From: Escherichia coli
GTDB taxonomy: Bacteria > Pseudomonadota > Gammaproteobacteria > Enterobacterales > Enterobacteriaceae
DNA length: 64,000 bases
Assembly (NCBI RefSeq): GCF_003334385.1
Contig: NZ_QOWN01000005.1
Direction: 5' to 3' (one strand)
Shown: positions 60,427-64,000 of the stretch, piece by piece
How positions within the stretch are numbered: the stretch's first letter is position 1
Layout: each line of letters starts with the position of its first letter
The notes under the pieces: generated by a model
The model's input: only the letters and a program-made list of their open reading frames with translations
Database searches by the model: none
What the model was told of the DNA's origin: nothing
Program-made: the position numbers and the translations under genes

Positions 60427-61122
60427 ATGTTAGAAGATCTCAAACGCCAGGTATTAGAAGCCAACCTGGCGCTGCCAAAACACAACCTGGTCACGCTCAC
60501 ATGGGGCAACGTCAGCGCCGTTGATCGCGAGCGCGGCGTCTTTGTGATCAAACCTTCCGGCGTCGATTACAGCGTCATGACCGCTGACGATATGGTCGTG
60601 GTTAGCATCGAAACCGGTGAAGTGGTTGAAGGTACGAAAAAGCCCTCCTCCGACACGCCAACTCACCGGCTGCTCTATCAGGCATTCCCCTCCATTGGCG
60701 GCATTGTGCATACGCACTCGCGCCACGCCACCATCTGGGCGCAGGCGGGTCAGTCGATTCCAGCAACCGGCACCACCCACGCCGACTATTTCTACGGCAC
60801 CATTCCCTGCACCCGCAAAATGACCGACGCAGAAATCAACGGCGAATATGAGTGGGAAACCGGTAACGTCATCGTAGAAACCTTTGAAAAACAGGGTATC
60901 GATGCAGCGCAAATGCCCGGCGTTCTGGTCCATTCCCACGGCCCGTTTGCATGGGGCAAAAATGCCGAAGATGCGGTGCATAACGCCATCGTGCTGGAAG
61001 AGGTCGCTTATATGGGGATATTCTGCCGTCAGTTAGCGCCGCAGTTACCGGATATGCAGCAAACGCTGCTGGATAAACACTATCTGCGTAAGCATGGCGC
61101 GAAGGCATATTACGGGCAGTAA
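60427..61122 (+). CDS. araD: L-ribulose-5-phosphate 4-epimerase
   Basis: 231-aa ORF beginning [48 protein letters not shown]. Confidence 0.97.
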   Translation: MLEDLKRQVLEANLALPKHNLVTLTWGNVSAVDRERGVFVIKPSGVDYSVMTADDMVVVSIETGEVVEGTKKPSSDTPTHRLLYQAFPSIGGIVHTHSRHATIWAQAGQSIPATGTTHADYFYGTIPCTRKMTDAEINGEYEWETGNVIVETFEKQGIDAAQMPGVLVHSHGPFAWGKNAEDAVHNAIVLEEVAYMGIFCRQLAPQLPDMQQTLLDKHYLRKHGAKAYYGQ

Positions 61123-61125
61123 TGA

Positions 61126-61141
61126 CTGTATAAAACCACAG
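61126..61141 (+). promoter_or_regulatory. LexA (SOS) box CTGTATAAAACCACAG upstream of polB
   Basis: Matches the CTGT-N8-ACAG consensus; 4 bp after the araD stop and 55 bp before the polB GTG. Confidence 0.8.
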
Positions 61142-61196
61142 CCAATCAAACGAAACCAGGCTATACTCAAGCCTGGTTTTTTGATGGATTTTCAGC

Positions 61197-63548
61197 GTGG
61201 CGCAGGCAGGTTTTATCTTAACCCGACACTGGCGGGACACCCCGCAAGGGACAGAAGTCTCCTTCTGGCTGGCGACGGACAACGGGCCGTTGCAGGTTAC
61301 GCTTGCACCGCAAGAGTCCGTGGCGTTTATTCCCGCCGATCAGGTTCCCCGCGCTCAGCATATTTTGCAGGGTGAACAAGGCTTTCGCCTGACACCGCTG
61401 GCGTTAAAGGATTTTCACCGCCAGCCGGTGTATGGCCTTTACTGTCGCGCCCATCGCCAATTGATGAATTACGAAAAGCGCCTGCGTGAAGGTGGCGTTA
61501 CCGTCTACGAGGCCGATGTGCGTCCGCCAGAACGCTATCTGATGGAGCGGTTTATCACCTCACCGGTGTGGGTCGAGGGTGATATGCACAATGGCACTAT
61601 CGTTAATGCCCGTCTGAAACCGCATCCCGACTATCGTCCGCCGCTCAAGTGGGTTTCTATAGATATTGAAACCACCCGCCACGGTGAGCTGTACTGCATC
61701 GGCCTGGAAGGCTGCGGGCAGCGCATCGTTTATATGCTGGGGCCGGAGAATGGCGACGCCTCCTCGCTTGATTTCGAACTGGAATACGTCGCCAGCCGCC
61801 CGCAGTTGCTGGAAAAACTCAACGCCTGGTTTGCCAACTACGATCCTGATGTGATCATCGGTTGGAACGTGGTGCAGTTCGATCTGCGAATGCTGCAAAA
61901 ACATGCCGAGCGTTACCGTCTTCCGCTGCGTCTTGGGCGCGATAATAGCGAGCTGGAGTGGCGCGAGCACGGCTTTAAAAACGGCGTCTTTTTTGCCCAG
62001 GCTAAAGGTCGGCTAATTATCGACGGTATCGAGGCGCTGAAATCCGCGTTCTGGAATTTCTCTTCATTCTCGCTGGAAACTGTCGCTCAGGAGCTATTAG
62101 GCGAAGGAAAATCTATCGATAACCCGTGGGATCGAATGGACGAAATTGACCGCCGTTTCGCCGAAGATAAACCTGCGCTGGCAACTTATAACCTGAAAGA
62201 TTGCGAGCTGGTGACGCAGATCTTCCACAAAACTGAAATCATGCCATTTTTACTCGAACGGGCAACGGTGAACGGCCTGCCGGTGGACCGACACGGCGGT
62301 TCGGTGGCGGCATTTGGTCATCTCTATTTTCCGCGAATGCATCGCGCTGGTTATGTCGCGCCTAATCTCGGCGAAGTGCCGCCGCACGCCAGCCCTGGCG
62401 GCTACGTGATGGATTCACGGCCAGGGCTTTATGATTCAGTGCTGGTGCTGGACTATAAAAGCCTGTACCCGTCGATCATCCGCACCTTTCTGATTGATCC
62501 CGTCGGGCTGGTGGAAGGCATGGCGCAGCCTGATCCAGAGCACAGTACCGAAGGTTTTCTCGATGCCTGGTTCTCGCGAGAAAAACATTGCCTGCCGGAG
62601 ATTGTGACTAACATCTGGCACGGGCGCGATGAAGCCAAACGCCAGGGTAACAAACCGCTGTCGCAGGCGCTGAAAATCATCATGAATGCCTTTTATGGCG
62701 TGCTCGGCACCACCGCCTGCCGCTTCTTCGATCCGCGGCTGGCATCGTCGATCACCATGCGTGGTCATCAGATCATGCGGCAAACCAAAGCGTTGATTGA
62801 AGCACAGGGCTACGACGTTATCTACGGCGATACCGACTCAACGTTTGTCTGGCTGAAAGGCGCACATTCGGAAGAAGAAGCGGCGAAAATCGGTCGTGCA
62901 CTGGTGCAGCACGTTAACGCCTGGTGGGCGGAAACGCTGCAAAAACAACGGCTGACCAGCGCATTAGAACTGGAGTATGAAACCCATTTCTGCCGTTTTC
63001 TGATGCCAACCATTCGCGGAGCCGATACCGGCAGTAAAAAGCGTTATGCCGGACTGATTCAGGAGGGCGACAAGCAGCGGATGGTGTTTAAAGGGCTGGA
63101 AACCGTGCGCACCGACTGGACGCCGCTGGCCCAGCAGTTTCAGCAGGAGCTATACCTGCGCATCTTCCGCAACGAGCCATATCAGGAATATGTACGCGAA
63201 ACCATCGACAAACTGATGGCGGGTGAACTGGATGCGCGACTGGTTTACCGTAAACGCCTTCGCCGTCCGCTGAGCGAGTATCAGCGTAATGTGCCGCCTC
63301 ATGTACGCGCCGCTCGCCTTGCCGATGAAGAAAACCAAAAGCGTGGTCGCCCCTTGCAATATCAGAATCGCGGCACCATTAAGTACGTATGGACCACCAA
63401 CGGCCCGGAGCCGCTGGACTACCAACGTTCACCACTGGATTACGAACACTATCTGACCCGCCAGCTACAACCCGTGGCGGAGGGAATACTCCCTTTTATT
63501 GAGGATAATTTTGCTACACTTATGACCGGGCAACTTGGGCTATTTTGA
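61197..63548 (+). CDS. polB: DNA polymerase II (family B, SOS-inducible)
   Basis: 783-aa reading with GTG start; exonuclease motif FDIETT, polymerase motifs [10 protein letters not shown] and YGDTDS. Confidence 0.97.
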   Translation: MAQAGFILTRHWRDTPQGTEVSFWLATDNGPLQVTLAPQESVAFIPADQVPRAQHILQGEQGFRLTPLALKDFHRQPVYGLYCRAHRQLMNYEKRLREGGVTVYEADVRPPERYLMERFITSPVWVEGDMHNGTIVNARLKPHPDYRPPLKWVSIDIETTRHGELYCIGLEGCGQRIVYMLGPENGDASSLDFELEYVASRPQLLEKLNAWFANYDPDVIIGWNVVQFDLRMLQKHAERYRLPLRLGRDNSELEWREHGFKNGVFFAQAKGRLIIDGIEALKSAFWNFSSFSLETVAQELLGEGKSIDNPWDRMDEIDRRFAEDKPALATYNLKDCELVTQIFHKTEIMPFLLERATVNGLPVDRHGGSVAAFGHLYFPRMHRAGYVAPNLGEVPPHASPGGYVMDSRPGLYDSVLVLDYKSLYPSIIRTFLIDPVGLVEGMAQPDPEHSTEGFLDAWFSREKHCLPEIVTNIWHGRDEAKRQGNKPLSQALKIIMNAFYGVLGTTACRFFDPRLASSITMRGHQIMRQTKALIEAQGYDVIYGDTDSTFVWLKGAHSEEEAAKIGRALVQHVNAWWAETLQKQRLTSALELEYETHFCRFLMPTIRGADTGSKKRYAGLIQEGDKQRMVFKGLETVRTDWTPLAQQFQQELYLRIFRNEPYQEYVRETIDKLMAGELDARLVYRKRLRRPLSEYQRNVPPHVRAARLADEENQKRGRPLQYQNRGTIKYVWTTNGPEPLDYQRSPLDYEHYLTRQLQPVAEGILPFIEDNFATLMTGQLGLF

Positions 63549-63712
63549 GCAAAAAAAAGAGTTCGCCAGATACCATTTTGATGCGTGACGAATGCTTTGC
63601 CATCCAGTACCATAGCGCCCTTTCCATTCCTGGACCTGAATAACACCACTACCTCATAAGCACGGTAGCGGGTGGTTATTGCCTGCAATTAAAGATATAG
63701 AGCCGAACACAT

Positions 63713-64000
63713 ATGCCTTTTACACTTGGTCAACGCTGGATCAGCGATACAGAAAGCGAATTGGGACTTGGAACCGTTGTCGCGGTGGATGCGCGAACTG
63801 TCACTTTACTTTTCCCATCTACTGGTGAAAACCGTCTGTACGCACGCAGTGATTCCCCCGTGACCCGCGTGATGTTCAACCCTGGTGATACCATTACCAG
63901 CCATGACGGCTGGCAGATGCAAGTCGAAGAAGTAAAAGAAGAAAATGGCTTGCTGACCTATATCGGTACTCGCCTGGATACTGAAGAGTCCGGCGTAGCC
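63713..64000 (+). CDS. rapA: RNA polymerase-associated SWI2/SNF2 ATPase RapA (HepA), N-terminal 96 codons only; continues past the window end
   Basis: Translation from the ATG at 63713: [96 protein letters not shown]; not in the ORF track because no stop codon falls inside the window. Confidence 0.9.

Noticed and set aside
63549-63712. Imperfect inverted repeat (AATAACACCACTACC ... GGTAGCGGGTGGTTATT) in the polB-rapA spacer as a possible terminator or sRNA
   Set aside because: The stem is imperfect, there is no adjacent T-tract, and it sits where the rapA promoter is expected; not enough evidence to call a feature.

Overview
This window reads as the reverse complement of a well-known Escherichia coli K-12-like core chromosome segment, running from the aceF 3' end to the rapA 5' end. 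All identifications rest on reading the translated ORFs and recognising the proteins and motifs from memory; no search or alignment was run. Gene order is aceF-aceE-pdhR, aroP, ampE-ampD, nadC, ppdD-hofBC, guaC, coaE-zapD-yacG, mutT, secA-secM, the complete dcw cluster (lpxC back to mraZ), cra, ilvIH, leuO, leuLABCD, setA, sgrST, sgrR, thiBPQ, yabI, araC, araBAD, polB and the start of rapA. Coordinates come from the supplied ORF track (stop codon included), with starts trimmed where the track over-extended. I found no tRNA, rRNA, CRISPR array, IS element, prophage or obvious horizontally acquired island, and no undescribed biological system. The two things that stand out are strain-level structural variants relative to my recollection of MG1655: (1) a roughly 787-bp deletion that fuses a 3'-truncated hofB in frame to a 5'-truncated hofC, giving one 596-aa chimeric ORF, and (2) a five-copy tandem array of an 85-bp REP/BIME unit between araA and araD. 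Everything else is classical, already described biology (SecM arrest peptide, leu attenuator, thiBPQ TPP riboswitch, SgrS/SgrT, pBAD control region, LexA box of polB, MraZ operator).
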